Positions 38,707 to 52,070 of a stretch of 64,000 nucleotides of DNA are shown piece after piece. The stretch is from Octopus sinensis (lineage: Eukaryota), in the NCBI RefSeq assembly GCF_006345805.1, contig NC_042997.1, forward strand, positions 67,332,001 through 67,396,000, given 5' to 3'. Position 1 is the first letter of the stretch, and the number at the start of each line of letters is the position of its first letter. The notes beneath the pieces are model-generated. The model did no database searches and was not told the DNA's origin. It saw nothing but the letters and a program-made list of their open reading frames with translations. The position numbers and the translations under genes are program-made.

Positions 38707-38974
38707 CATCATCATCATCGTTTAATGTCCGTTTTCCGTGCTAGCATGGGTTGGACAGTTCAACCGGGGTCTAGGAAGCCAGGAGGCTGCACCAGGCTCC
38801 AGTCTGATCTGGCAGTGTTTCTACAGCTGGATGCCCTTCCTAATGCCAACCACTCCGTGAGTGTAGTGGGTGCTTTTTACGTTCCACCGGCACAGAAGCC
38901 AGTCAAGGCGGAGCTGGCATCGGCCATATTCGGATGGTGCCACGTTCGGATGGTGACATGTTCGGATGGTGACT
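38707..38974 (-). mobile_element. 5'-truncated copy of the RTE 3' end with a triplicated 16-mer at the junction
   Basis: (CAT)n-CGTTTAATGTCCGTTTTCCGTGCTAGCATGGG... closely matches 7090-7270. Confidence 0.85.
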
Positions 38975-40669
38975 GCTTAATTATTATAAAATACTAACAA
39001 TTGTTGTCATACATCCCAAGTTGATTCTAATAAGATATGTTATTAATAACTGAAGTCAGTTGTAGTGAATTTCATCACAATCAAATTAGTAAGCTTGGTT
39101 ATTCGATACTAATGTCCTTATGATATGGTGAAAATATAAAGCGTTTTTCTTTTCTTTTCTTTTTTTAAATATAGTGAGGAACATCACAGTAACATACATA
39201 AACTTCATTCAATTTGCAATTATTATGTGATTATCCTAGCTTAAAAGAACAGAATGTTCAATACAAAAAGTTTCTGCAATGCAAATGGTAGAATTATATC
39301 TTGTGAGTCACAAAATCCTTTGAATAAAAAAAAGGAACACAATGTTTCTGGTACTGTAATCATAAAAGACATGTGAATATCTGTCAGTACTGATCCATTA
39401 TACATCCATGGATACAAGGGGCCTACCACATAAGGCTTATGTGATAGATATTCTACATCCATGGAGAAGGGGATCAAAAGGAAATTTTGAAAATCTTGTG
39501 GCTTGTATCACTTATATTGTAAGTGATATACCATCTTAGTGAGGAGATAATCATTATTTTAATACATTCACGATTCTTTCAGCACTTCATAATGAATTTG
39601 TTATTTTATTAACTGAAACTTAAGCCTTAATTCCTACTCTTAATATGACTGTCTAGGTGTAGACTTGGTTTCAGCATTACAGGTATAGTACAAGTTTACC
39701 GCTTTCAAGATTTGGCTTAATCTAAATACGTGAAAAACTACACAACACTGGATAAATTTCAACTGAAAAGTCTCTTGATCATAAAGAGACTACCTTGTGA
39801 TTGATAGAAATGATTAACTGAAAAATATATATACTATATAAAGTAATAACTACATTTTTGTCCAGTTTCCATGGAAGCACGGAACAAATCTATTAATGTT
39901 TAGCTTTAGGTCAGCCCTGATCAAATAGATATATAATCAAAGGCATTCCAGCCATGACTTTCCATCATTTTTTTTTCAGACAGTTTATTTAAGACTGCAT
40001 TATTATATAAGGTGCACAAGATGGTAAACTATGACTTGAGGAGAATATTGCTGCTATTTCTATCATTAATATTAAATATCTAATTTTAAAAACAGTAAAT
40101 ATATACAATGTGTATCTCAGTTTTTAAAATAGGTACACTGAGCCTAAGCATGTTTCAAGTAATAAAATAGTTGGTACAAGGAAGGGTATCCATCATGGAG
40201 ACAATGCCATCCCGCCTACAACAACAATGAAATGCTGATGTCAAACTGATGAAGTAAAACATCCAATAAGTAAATATTCAGATCTGCTGTGCCATACAAG
40301 TATAGATCAATAGATTCAATATTAATTTTTTACATTAGCACAAAATTACAAATTTATAGAGCAAGTAGATATGTAGTCAATCAAATTACTACATGAGCTT
40401 ATTGAAAATGACACGAAAAGGAAATATCCAGGGAAACTGAACAAAGAACAGAAGTGAACGAAGGACATAGGCACAGACGTATTTATGTCACCATAACTTA
40501 GCAGCTCAGCAAAAGAGTAAGGACAGAGGTATTTAAATAGTTAAAGGATTTTAGTCCTGTGCTATCATTTCTGCCTTTTTGAATTTAATGATAAAAAGAA
40601 AGAATAATGTTAATAATAAATTGCGAGTAGAATAAATTTTAAAGCAAACTTAGACATGTTAAAATTTAC

Positions 40670-40797
40670 CAGGTGAAAGGTATAGCATCCTCATCATCTT
40701 GGCCAAGCTTAAAACGGCTCTGTAAAAACTGAAGCTGTGCATAATATCTTTTTAGTGTACTGCAGCCAGTGAAATCCCGAGGAACACTAACAGCAAC
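40670..40797 (-). CDS. PTPN23: PTPN23 in-window exon 2 (BRO1)
   Basis: TTTCAG/GTAAAT, 128 nt. VAVSVPRDFTGCSTLKRYYAQLQFLQSRFKLGQDDEDAIPFT(W); VPRDFxGC is typical of HD-PTP. Confidence 0.93.
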
Positions 40798-41316
40798 CTG
40801 AAATTCAAGAAACTTGACATTAAAATTTGTGCAGTCAGGATCCTAATTTTCATGTACATAAGAAAAAAAGATTAAAACTTATAACACTAGTCATAGGAAT
40901 AAGCATATATTTACATTCTACCATGTTCTCAACTACATTAAATTTCAACACTCCAAGATTTTGTTTCTTTATAAATGGGTAGCTACATAAATGAAAAAAA
41001 AAAATTTTAATGCTTAATTTCAAATGTTTTGTAACTTTTTTTTTTTTCAGATTAGAATAACAAGAGTTATATAGGCTCTAGTTCATGAATGACTTTCACC
41101 AATAATTGAGGCATTGAAAAGGTTAATATTTGATGCCTTTAAAATTTTACTTTAAGCTGTGCTCCCTTTCCTTTTTCTCCCATTCTCCCTCCCTCTCATA
41201 CACTGTGTTGATTTTTTTCAAGTAAAATCATTCAAAGAATATAACTCTCACAGTTACAATCTCACTAGTATTACAGAATCAAGATGTAGATAAAAAGAAA
41301 AATAATTGCTCCTATA

Positions 41317-41678
41317 GGTGCAGGAGTGGTTGTGTGGTTAGAAGCTTGCTTCCCAACCACATGGTTCCAGGTTCAGTCCTGCTGCATGGCACCTTGGGCA
41401 AGTGTCATCTGCTACAGCCTCGGGCTGACCAAAGCCTTGTGAGTGGATTTGGCAGACAGAAACTGAAAGAAATCCGTCGTGTGTATGTGTGTGTGCCCAC
41501 CATCACTTGACAACCGATGTTAGTGTGTTTACATCCCTGTAACTTAGCAGTTCGGTAAAAGAGACTGATAAAATAAGTACTACGCTTACAAAGAATAAGT
41601 CCTGGGGTCAATTTATTCTACTAAAGGCAGTGCTCCACTATGGCCACAGTCAAATGACTGAAACACGTAAAAAAGTAA
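41317..41678 (+). mobile_element. SINE family A, full length (tRNA-derived head, CORE-like body; resembles recalled Octopus OR-type SINEs)
   Basis: A-box-like TGGTTGTGTGG, B-box-like GGTTCAGTCC, GCATGGCACCTTGGGCAAGTG core, and 3' AAGGCAGTGCTCCA...GACTGAAACA. Confidence 0.9.
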
Positions 41679-44600
41679 CAATTTAGATAAATAGAGTATA
41701 AAGTAAATTAGAGGATCATTGTACCATTAGAGCCCCATGGATAGACTACTGCCCACATGTTCAAGAGTTCAAATCTTGCTAGTTTTGTACTGTGTGCCAG
41801 AACATAGTACAAAACTTTGCTCCAGTTTGCCTGATTGACAAAGACAAATTCTTCTCCTTACTACACAATGAATTGTAGAAAGGGTTTCCAGCTGTGAAAA
41901 CAATTCTTTCAGTTAATAACAAAAGCATCCACAGAAGTGAGCTTAGGAAAAAAAAAATGGATGTAAAACAATATTTTTAGCAAAACAGCCATCATGGATT
42001 CTATATTATTCCTTTGTTTATATTTGTTTGGATTAAAGAATTTCACCTCAACTGTTTTTTTAATTTTTTTTACATTTCTGTTTTTAATGACTAACAAATT
42101 ACTGCGTTGATATTTCTCAGCAGAAATATCTTCAGTTAAAATCTCATCACTGGCTATGCAAAGTCCCTCAAACAAAGCAGTGACCTTATTTTGATTGTAT
42201 TTAGAACTTACAAGGGACTAATCAATGAATTAACTGCTAACATGTAAATTGAAATCATATGAGGTTATTAAATCATCCCCACATATCTTATGTTGACCAA
42301 TTCCATAACCATTTAAGTCATTACTATTCCCTCTTCTTAAATTAAAAACTATTTTAACGGTCTTACTGTATCTCCACACAGTGTGTCCATTACTAAGCAC
42401 TAGCAGACTAGGTTATTCTACTAATGCACAACAACGAGGGATTGTCCAGCTTCACTTTGCTATTTGTAACTATTACTTTCCATCCCACATACTTCACAGG
42501 TTTTATTTAATTAATCCTGGGGTAATAAAAAACAAGGTTGACAGCTAGTAAGTTTTCAAACACTGCATGCAGACTAGTTCCCAACTAGACATGACAAATC
42601 CAAAGGTTAAATTAGTGTCATCATAATCATGTGAATGGTGTACTTAGTAGATTCTTTCCATCACTAAGTTTTTATGCCTACATGTGTACATTATTGCACA
42701 TCAATGTAGTCACCCTCTCATCTCTCAATACAGAGTAGGCTATGCTGTCCTGAGAATGACTAATATGACCAAGGCATGTCCAGATATGTCAATGTACTAG
42801 CCAAATCAGATTAAAACAATATTAATCTCCAAGCTTATATTTTCTTCTCATAGTTATAAGTATTTTAAATTAATTAGATTCCCCCACCTCCCTACATTAA
42901 GAATGATAACATTAATGTTAATTGTTATTTTTTGTGTAGATGGTGTCTGTGGATAATTTTCTTTAGTCATAAATCTAAATGGTCCATTTTCCTGCTACTT
43001 ATACCAATTTCATTGACTATATGCTCTGTAATAAATTTTGAGAAATATAGAGGCCATAATTCAAAAGAAACTGACTTAATATTTGTCCCAGAGGTTCAAG
43101 ATTTGACTTCAGGCTTAGTCTTCTAAGAGATTCCTTGTATGCTACAATATTTATAACACTACATCTAAATTACTGATAACTTTTTTTTCTTTTTTGTATT
43201 TAACAAAAGGTCATAGAACTGCTACATAGAACCAAACACCTAACTATTATTGCTATTTACAAAATTTACCAAAGTGAAGTACATGCCAACCTTGAAGACA
43301 GCCCAACTTTGACTTTAAAATTTGAGAGGAATAAAAAAATCAAAATCTAGTTTCACATACTTAACCAAGATGTTTTAATGACAAAGATTCTGTTGATCAC
43401 TTATAGTGAGCATTTTTTTTTAAATCTTATTTTTAAAATACAAAGACACACTAAGTTTAGTCTAGATAACCCTCCTCTGAGATTAAAATCAGCTGTGAAA
43501 AATGTAACATCCTCTAGAATGCACAGTAAATTTTTGAGATTTATTCTTGGAAAAGAAAATACCATCCTCAATGCTAAAGAAATATGGTAGCCTTTGAATG
43601 GATAAGCAGACTAAAGCAGAATTACATTTTAGACTGTAGAGGAATGAAACTACATAATACAATAAACTTTGCCTGGCTCCCTTCTATTGTTAATTCAGTG
43701 CTTGTTAAGATGTATAAATGAAGTGAATTGACTTCAATACACTTAAAATCAGCTCACAAACTTACTTTCAGAATTTCTACACAATTCATAATTTATAACA
43801 TTGGTACAAGGTTGCAAATTTATAGGAGCAAGTATAATCAATGATATCAACCCTTAGTAATTATTTTATTGGAAACCACTATGGAAGGTAGACAAAGTCA
43901 ACTTCTGCAGGATTTGAAAAAAGAAAATGAGAAAATACCAGAAAACATTTTGTTTGGTGCTCTGCCCTAACTGCCGTAATAATCTTTAGTATATGCAGAA
44001 GGCCAGAAATTTGGAAGAGTTAGTCAAAACAATCCCAGTACTTGATTTCAACTTTATTTTAACACTAGAAGAAAAGGTATCTGCAATGGGATTTGAACTC
44101 AGAATAAAAAGAGTTGGAATTAATATCGCAAAGTAGTTTGTCTGACATTAATGATGATAACCGTTTCTAAGTTTGTCCAAATTCTGTGAAAGAAGTGTAG
44201 ACAATTGCAGCTTTATTAATACAAGCTTAGTGGTCCCAAAGAAATGGAAAGCTTTGTGAATTGTAGCAAAATTTGAACTCGAGTTGTAGAAAGAAAACGG
44301 AATGGGGTAAAGTATTTAATCAGACTCATTGATGTTTCTGCCATCCAACCTCCTTCCCAAACAAAATGAGATTTTGTTTTTATAAATCCTCATACAGAGA
44401 CTATTAGAGGAAAATGTACTCGTTGCACACTCAAAAAAAGCATTGGAGAAGATATACACATTACATATGCATACAGCATTAAAGGAAAAATACATACACT
44501 GCACAGACACACACCTGAAGAACAATGTGATAAGCTTTGCAATACAGTATGTAGTAGTAGTAGCAGCAATATACTCTAAGAATAGTGAAATATTAGCATA

Positions 44601-44814
44601 CACTGTAGTGTATTATATAATCAATGGTAACTAACAGGATGGAAGGAAGAAAGGAAGGCAGAAAAATAATCACTTTAACAAACTGAAAATTGGAAAAAAT
44701 AAACTTCAGTCTAAAAAAAAAAAAAAAAAAAAATCAGCAATTCCAATAATATAAATACTTGATTAATCAATAACTGACAATAGGATGTACTTTGATAAAT
44801 TGTACAGTACATAC

Positions 44815-44889
44815 CTGTCGCATATGTTCCAAGTCATTGCAGGCTTTGTTGTAGAGAGCAGGATCTTCTGAGTATTGTTCTCGTATAAT
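44815..44889 (-). CDS. PTPN23: PTPN23/HD-PTP coding exon, in-window exon 1 (probably gene exon 2), BRO1 domain
   Basis: TTTCAG acceptor, GTATGT donor, 75 nt, phase 0/0. Translates IIREQYSEDPALYNKACNDLEHMRQ, resembling the recalled human FVLKNYGENPEAYNEELKKLELLRQ. Confidence 0.85.
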
Positions 44890-47800
44890 CTGAAATTAAA
44901 AATAACCATGATCATTGTTATCTTGGTAGCAGCAAAGTTCTTTATTATTTATTGGCAATACAGGACATATTATGAAGCAGCTAGTAGTTACTCTGTTAGT
45001 ACATCATTATAGATGCTGTTAGACTGATGTAGAGGTCAGTAGGGCAAGTATGATAAGATGTTTGGCTTAAATCTTCTACAGAAGCAACTTTATTCTACAG
45101 TGCTTCAGTTTATATGTCTGATAGTTATTCTAGACAATTGGAGGAATGAAGTTATTGTCCCATTCATAAATACAATAAATTAGTTAATGACAAACTCTCA
45201 GTCCAATGCCTTCATTTCTACAAAAGTCATAAAAATAAAGGAATGTTGCCAGTGGTACTCAATAAGTTGGTGGCTATTGCTTTAAAGCAGTATTGTCATT
45301 GTCTTTGGGTCAGTTTGTTCCATACCGACTTAGACTGAAAGAGACACTTTAGTCTATAACAAAATGCCCTTCCCGATGCCAACCCTCACTGATTTTTGAG
45401 TAAGCCATTTTATTTCATATCTTTGTATGCTAAACTGCATGATACAAAGAATGTCACCATCACCAAGCAGTGTCAATTTAAAGACACATGGTGATAAACA
45501 TACATACACATATATATATGTGCATGTGTGCATTTATACACACAGATTTTCATAAAGTTGTTTACAAAATTTCACTTACAATTCATTGGTCAACTAAAAA
45601 AAAAGAAAACACATTTGCCTAAGGTCTCATATTGGTATCAAACCCAAAGTAAATTTCTTAACCAAATATTCATGCCTGAAACTACAATTAAGTGAATTGT
45701 TTGAACTACAAATTTCGATTTAACAGGAATTAATCATGATTTTTCACAGGTTATGAAATATGTAATATGTTAAGAAAATATAGGAAAAAGGGTTCTATTT
45801 TAAAAAATCCAGAAACAAAAAAAAAAATCATTTTAACCTTGGACATTTATTGTAACATTACCTTTAAAATACATGCAATCAATAAAACATAAAGGTTATG
45901 AATCAGCTTTTATTGAACAGCTGAGTGCATGGCTTACAAGAGTTTTAAAAATGAAGAGCCTTCAAGATTTCCATGCCTCAGCTATGCAGTGATGAAGAAA
46001 AAAAAGAAGAAAAAAGGCATTATATAAACATGTACAAAGTCTAGTTTATGTGGTAGAAAAATATAGCAATAAAAAAAAATTACCAATGTATAATTTATCA
46101 TGGCAATTATTTTTGTTAACAGCTTACAAAGATTTTGAATAGAAGCCAATTTATAATACTGAAACCATATTTATTTGTTCTCCTTCTGAAGGTAGGTTTC
46201 AGTCAGTTGACAGAAGAAAACATTTAAATAAAATAAATATTGCTGACAGGCTATAAACAGACATTTTATGTCTGTATTAACGTTCTAATAATCCAACACA
46301 GTTATCCTAATCAGGTCTTATTCAAGCATCACCAAAATTCAAGAGAAAAATACCAGAGAGTATTCACATTTCCCTATCGCACTACTAAAGACAAATTCCT
46401 TGCCAACAACAGATACAATTATTGGTGCCACTTTAGCATGAGGTCTACCAGACCATTAACACTCATGTGCAGTCTAAACCTAAAATTTAACCCTAACCCA
46501 GATCAGGTCATTTCACAGCATAGACTACAGATACTGCAGTAGACCACACACTAAAACAGTACCTAGTTATTTCTGTCAAACACCTTTCACACTAAATTGA
46601 ATAAAAATATAGTGTAGTCTATATTAGGAAGAGTATCCAGCCAAAAACTAAATGTAAGAGCAACCTAGCTAAGATTGCTATAACCAAATTAGAAATTACC
46701 AACCCTGGCCAACATGGAAACAGGCACTAAATGGTGATGATATTTTCTTTCAATATTTCAAACTTGTGTGATTAACTTAACTAACAATATAACAATCACT
46801 TTTAGCACAATAAGCTTCATTTTTACAAACCGACCTAAGCATACTCATAAATACCAGAGAGATTTCAAACATTAAAATTAAGATCAAGTGATTAAGTCAC
46901 TTGGTTTTCAGCTTTCAACTAAAACTGTATTTTGTTGTAATGCACTGGATATACAAGTAAATGTTCAAAGTTATAGGGCAAACTGTTAAACATCCAGTCA
47001 TCATAAAAAGACAAAAACCCTCAAAATTGTTGAAAATATGTTTAGATTGGCGTCTTGTGGAAGAATGAGCTTTACAATAAAAATACCAACTTTAAAATAT
47101 ATTCTAATATCGAAATTTTGTTTGAAGATTAACAGTGATCTCCATCTACAGCTATTTGCTCTCATATACCCTATTTTTTGTGGTAGGTATACTAAATTTG
47201 CCAAAATAATATAGTAAATATTTTCAAGGAAATAAAGAAAAAAATTTCATTGATTTATTTTTGGTATAATAAATCAACTAGTTTAATATAATTTTCATTT
47301 TAAGATATATTGGTTAATGCTTTGGAAACTTAATTTTTAAAAAGGCATCATAATCAATTAGAACAATAGTCATGATATCAATAACTAAAATGTGCAACGT
47401 AACTGAATACAAAGGAATCAAGACTGATGCACATCAGTTGAGTCCATCTTGTCTTTGTAGCAGCAACCAGTGCATTCAATCATTTAAGAGCCCACTGAAA
47501 GATAAAAATTTATGCAACGTGCTCTAACTGCATAGAAGAGGGCACAACATGGTCTCAGAACAGACAATAACTAAAATATAAAATGCATCAATTGGACCCA
47601 AGTATTCTATTTCCTACTTTGGTGCCAGACGCTTGTTAGATTAGAGCTGGCCAGGATTACTCAATAAGACTAGACAAGATATGAACTCAAAATACTTTGA
47701 GTTAGTCAATCTACACTTTGATAACTCATCTAAATCCCACACTTTGAGATGATTTAGATGAATTATCAGCTGCAATATGAAAACAAAGATCTCAATCTAG

Positions 47801-49324
47801 TCAATTTCTTAATACAGCTTCTAAATTTGATGACCAATATATTTCTCAGGATGTAAAAAGAACTACATCTTAGCTTCATTTTTCTTATGTTCTGTTGATG
47901 TCACAATGAAATATGTTTGTTCAACATATACCATCATATTCAAAGAAATCCTGCAAGAGCATCCACTTCAATAGATTGTCATAATTACAGAGTTCACAAC
48001 AAGAGAAATGTATTTTTCTATTTGTGAACAATATTTAGACCCTGTCATTGAAACAGTTATGATTATCCATCAAATACTCACTCTTGCAGGTTTTCTTTCA
48101 CTACATAGATACTATTTATTGAACCAACATGTTCTTTGCAGATTAACCATTCAAAATAGCAAATTATTTCTGCTGAATATTTATTTATTGCTGGTTGAAA
48201 TGTAATAATGACAAACATATCAATAATTTCTTATATATAGAACCACATAAAAGTTGCATAGAATGTCTTTCTCGGGGTCACAATGCCACACAGAGCAGAG
48301 GATAAAGTGGATTTTGTTTTGCCTCATAACAGTCAATATAACAAAAATTTTGCCAAGATTTATTCTATCAGTCTTGAGATAAGTGCAAAACTGACACAGA
48401 TAGGATCTGAACCTAAAACAGCAAAGAACAAAGCTTTAGATATCACAAAGTTTATCTAGTTCAATTCGCTAACATCAACCAGCCTAGCTACAATTCAAGG
48501 TAACATTAACGTCAGCAACAAAAATAGTTTATTTTATCAGGAAGCCATACAAAAGTTATTTTCAATAACTAATTTGACTTCATAAAATAACAAACCTGAC
48601 AATTAACAAAGCAAAATGGCTTGGAATAATCTAGTCCCTAGTGTATCATCTTAGTCATCTATGCATTCAATGTTTAGTACCATTCTTAGAAAGTAAGAGA
48701 TTTAAATATAAATAACTGTTTAATTTAATTCAAAGATGTATTATTAAACATAAAAAGAAAATGTGGCTAACAAATATTGATTTTTCTTTTTCTTCTTGGC
48801 TTGAAACTTAAAATCAGAAATTAATTTAATCTACTGAACCTATATGTCATACTAAAGCAATGCTTTCCAAACATTCTGAAAAATATATGCTGCTGTAAAA
48901 CTACATATAGCAGGATATGTCATTATTGTGACATTCAAAACTAATAGGAACCTAATTTATAATATAAGTACAGTGCTACTCAATGTAGTCAAATATTACT
49001 TGTAAATAATTGTATATACAGAAGATTTTGTGGTTGGTTCATCATTGAACCTTAAAAGCAGTAACACTGACAATCTCTCTCTTTTGGTTTCATAAACTAA
49101 TCCTTAATGCTCTCGACTCAGCTTGACAAGCAACTATATAATAGACTAGCTGAATGACTCAGTGTTGCTCAGGTTACTGCTGTTCTTATTCAGATGAGGA
49201 AACAAATATGAAGATGTATTTTTTTTCTCATAATTATCTAAAAATATCTATATATTATTTTTAAAAATCCAAATTGTAATGCTAGTAGAATTTAGAACTG
49301 AAAATCTGTCAACTTGAAGCACCT

Positions 49325-49730
49325 CAGGGTAAACAATATTCATTGTGTAATTTTTTTGTTGGTGTCCAAATGAATAAATTGTTGCTGCTTCCAACTTGTA
49401 AGCAAGCAACATAGAGTTGGCTGTGGGAGAGGCATATAGTACAGAAATCAGGTTCAACTACCTTGAGAGATTGACCCTGAGATTTGTTGACTGAAACAGC
49501 AAAATTTAGTTTGACTGGAAGCTGAAGCCTCTTAAATTCAAATGGAACATCTGTAGGTATGAAAGGAATTTTTGGAATAAAAATACTTTCTCCTTTGTGA
49601 CTCTCTGTTATGATTGTTACCTCTAGGACACGGGGCTTCATGGAAGTAACAATTAAGTGAATTCCATTACACAAGCGAGGTGGGTCAAGATTTGAAAGCA
49701 ACATAATGGGAGCATCTAGCTTTAGTGTAG
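49325..49730 (-). mobile_element. Helitron/Pif1-like helicase C-terminal remnant
   Basis: LKLDAPIMLLSNLDPPRLCNG...FIPKIPFIPTDVPFEFKRLQLPVKLNFAVSVNKSQGQSL...SHSQLYVA, ending NIVYPEV after a frameshift. Confidence 0.9.
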
Positions 49731-50594
49731 GTGTGTGTGTGTGTGTGTGTTTAATAACATATCTAACCAATGTGCAAACACACACATCAATATAGAAAAT
49801 GTGACAACAGTCACATATAGTGAGACACACACAGACATACATAGCTTTTTACCTCGTTTTTGTCAGTCGTCACATGTATATATGTAGATGTGTGTTTATG
49901 TACCCAACGAACGCGCAAACACACACTCACAGAGACCATGCATGGCAGTTGTCACATATGTATATGTAGGTGTGGGTGTTTAATAACATACCTAATGCAG
50001 AAACACACACATACATACACACACACACACTCATATACAAAAATGTGACATCAATATGGTATAAAATGTGCTTTACCATAGTTGAGTATAGAAAAGTATC
50101 TCTATCATATGTTATATTGTTTCAATGCAAATGAAAAAGAACATTACATGCTGACACTCGTGGGTTTTTAATGCTATTACCTTGTAAAATTTTACAAGTC
50201 AACAAGAGATGCTCAAAATAAACTTCACAATTTAATATTAAAATCCAGTTACAAGTTGGTACATTGCAACAAATATAGACTAGACATATTACCATATCAA
50301 ATCAATTAACAAACTCCCCTAACTAGATATGTAAAACCACCAAACCTTTTAAGTTTTAAGCATAAAATAAAATTCACCAAGGACATTGCTACTAGATTTA
50401 TCAAATCTGTGAAATATCAAATTTCCCTACATGATCATTACTACAATCCACAAGAAGTAGATGTAGAGACAAGAGGTAAAAAGGCAGCTACTGTAATAAA
50501 TGAACTGCAACTTTCTACTCAGAGCCAATTACACTTTAATATGGTTACTATAAGACAACCAACAAATTGAAACTATATTATAAACACTGAAGGA

Positions 50595-50599
<5 letters not shown>

Positions 50600-50650
<51 letters not shown>
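50600..50650. repeat. (TA)n microsatellite
   Basis: Directly visible. Confidence 0.95.
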
Positions 50651-50656
<6 letters not shown>

Positions 50657-51808
50657 GAGATTGCACTACAACCAAGATTACACAAATATACTGCACATCA
50701 ATCAGAATACACAAACAGAAAATCAGACTGCAAGTAGAACAGGTAACCCATGGAATAAAAAGTTCTATCTTCATTTAGTGTAACTGAGGCAAATTGGTTT
50801 GAAAGGAGTATATCATTCATCAAGCAACACCCATAACACCAGTTCAACCCTACAAAATAAAATATTCACTAACAAGCCTATGTGTAAGCCCCTATACAGC
50901 TGAAAGACCTGCTAAAAACAGCATCCAAAATCTCCCTCTAAAATACCCTACCATCTTAAAAAACAGGGACATCATACTGGAATACTTTCAGTCTTAAGTT
51001 TGATCAATGAAGGCTGATCTGGGGCTAAACAACAACATTAAGTAATTATAAAATGCCACTGCTGCTTACAGCAGTGGTTTGATCATAACCTGTTTTGCTT
51101 ATTTACAGGTAGGTGTACTTAAACACTTGAAAGATATGTACATTGGCCAAGGATACAATACTATGCAGAAAATAAGATATGAACAGCAAGACTCTTGAAC
51201 AGTTGTTTACTATGCTAATTAATTTAAGAATCGGTGCTCTAAGAAGTAAAATATGCAAATTTGATATTACATTCTTTCACAACAAATAAAAGCTGAAGCA
51301 AAGTATAAGCTCTGGGCAAATTGTCTGAAATTGGTCTCAATTCTCAGTGGAGGAAACTCATTCAAAATATTCTACAAATATCATTGAAAATATCACAAGA
51401 TCATATAACATTATTTATGTCTTTTACAAATTAGCTACTTGTTAAATCATATAGAAAACAAGCATTAAGTTATATAAAACTAAAGATATGGAAAGAAAAC
51501 AGACTCAGTGAAACTATCAACGAAACAGTAACCAAACAAAAATTGCAATCTAGAATTGTTTTTGTGCAAAAAAATGTCACTAGGTTACTATAGTTAAAGA
51601 GCTAGTTATGAAAAAAATAAACATAAAACTAAATATTACCAACATACATATGAAAACACTTATTGACAGCCTAAAATAAATCACCCAATCATCTGTCAAG
51701 TGAATATACTATTACAGGCTAAAACTAAAGATTTAAGGAAACTCTTACTTTTCTGATCTGTTTTATATTTTGTTACGTGTAACCTGTTTGGCCACCATAT
51801 TTACATGC

Positions 51809-51915
51809 GGAGAGAGGGAGCGAGAGAGACGGAGCGAGGGAGACGGAGCGAGGGAGACGGAGCGAGGGAATGAGGTAGACGGAGCGAGGGAGAAAGAGAG
51901 ACGGAGCGAGGGAGG

Positions 51916-51955
<40 letters not shown>

Positions 51956-52031
51956 AGACGGAGCGAGGGAGAGAGAGAGAGAGAGAGAGGAGACGGAGCG
52001 AGGGAGAGAGAGAGAGAGAGAGAGACGGAGC

Positions 52032-52070
<39 letters not shown>

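Noticed and set aside
41909-42175. 88-aa ORF beginning FEGLCIASDEILTEDISAEK
   Set aside because: No recognisable family motif, and the adjacent PTPN23 exons already join in frame without it.
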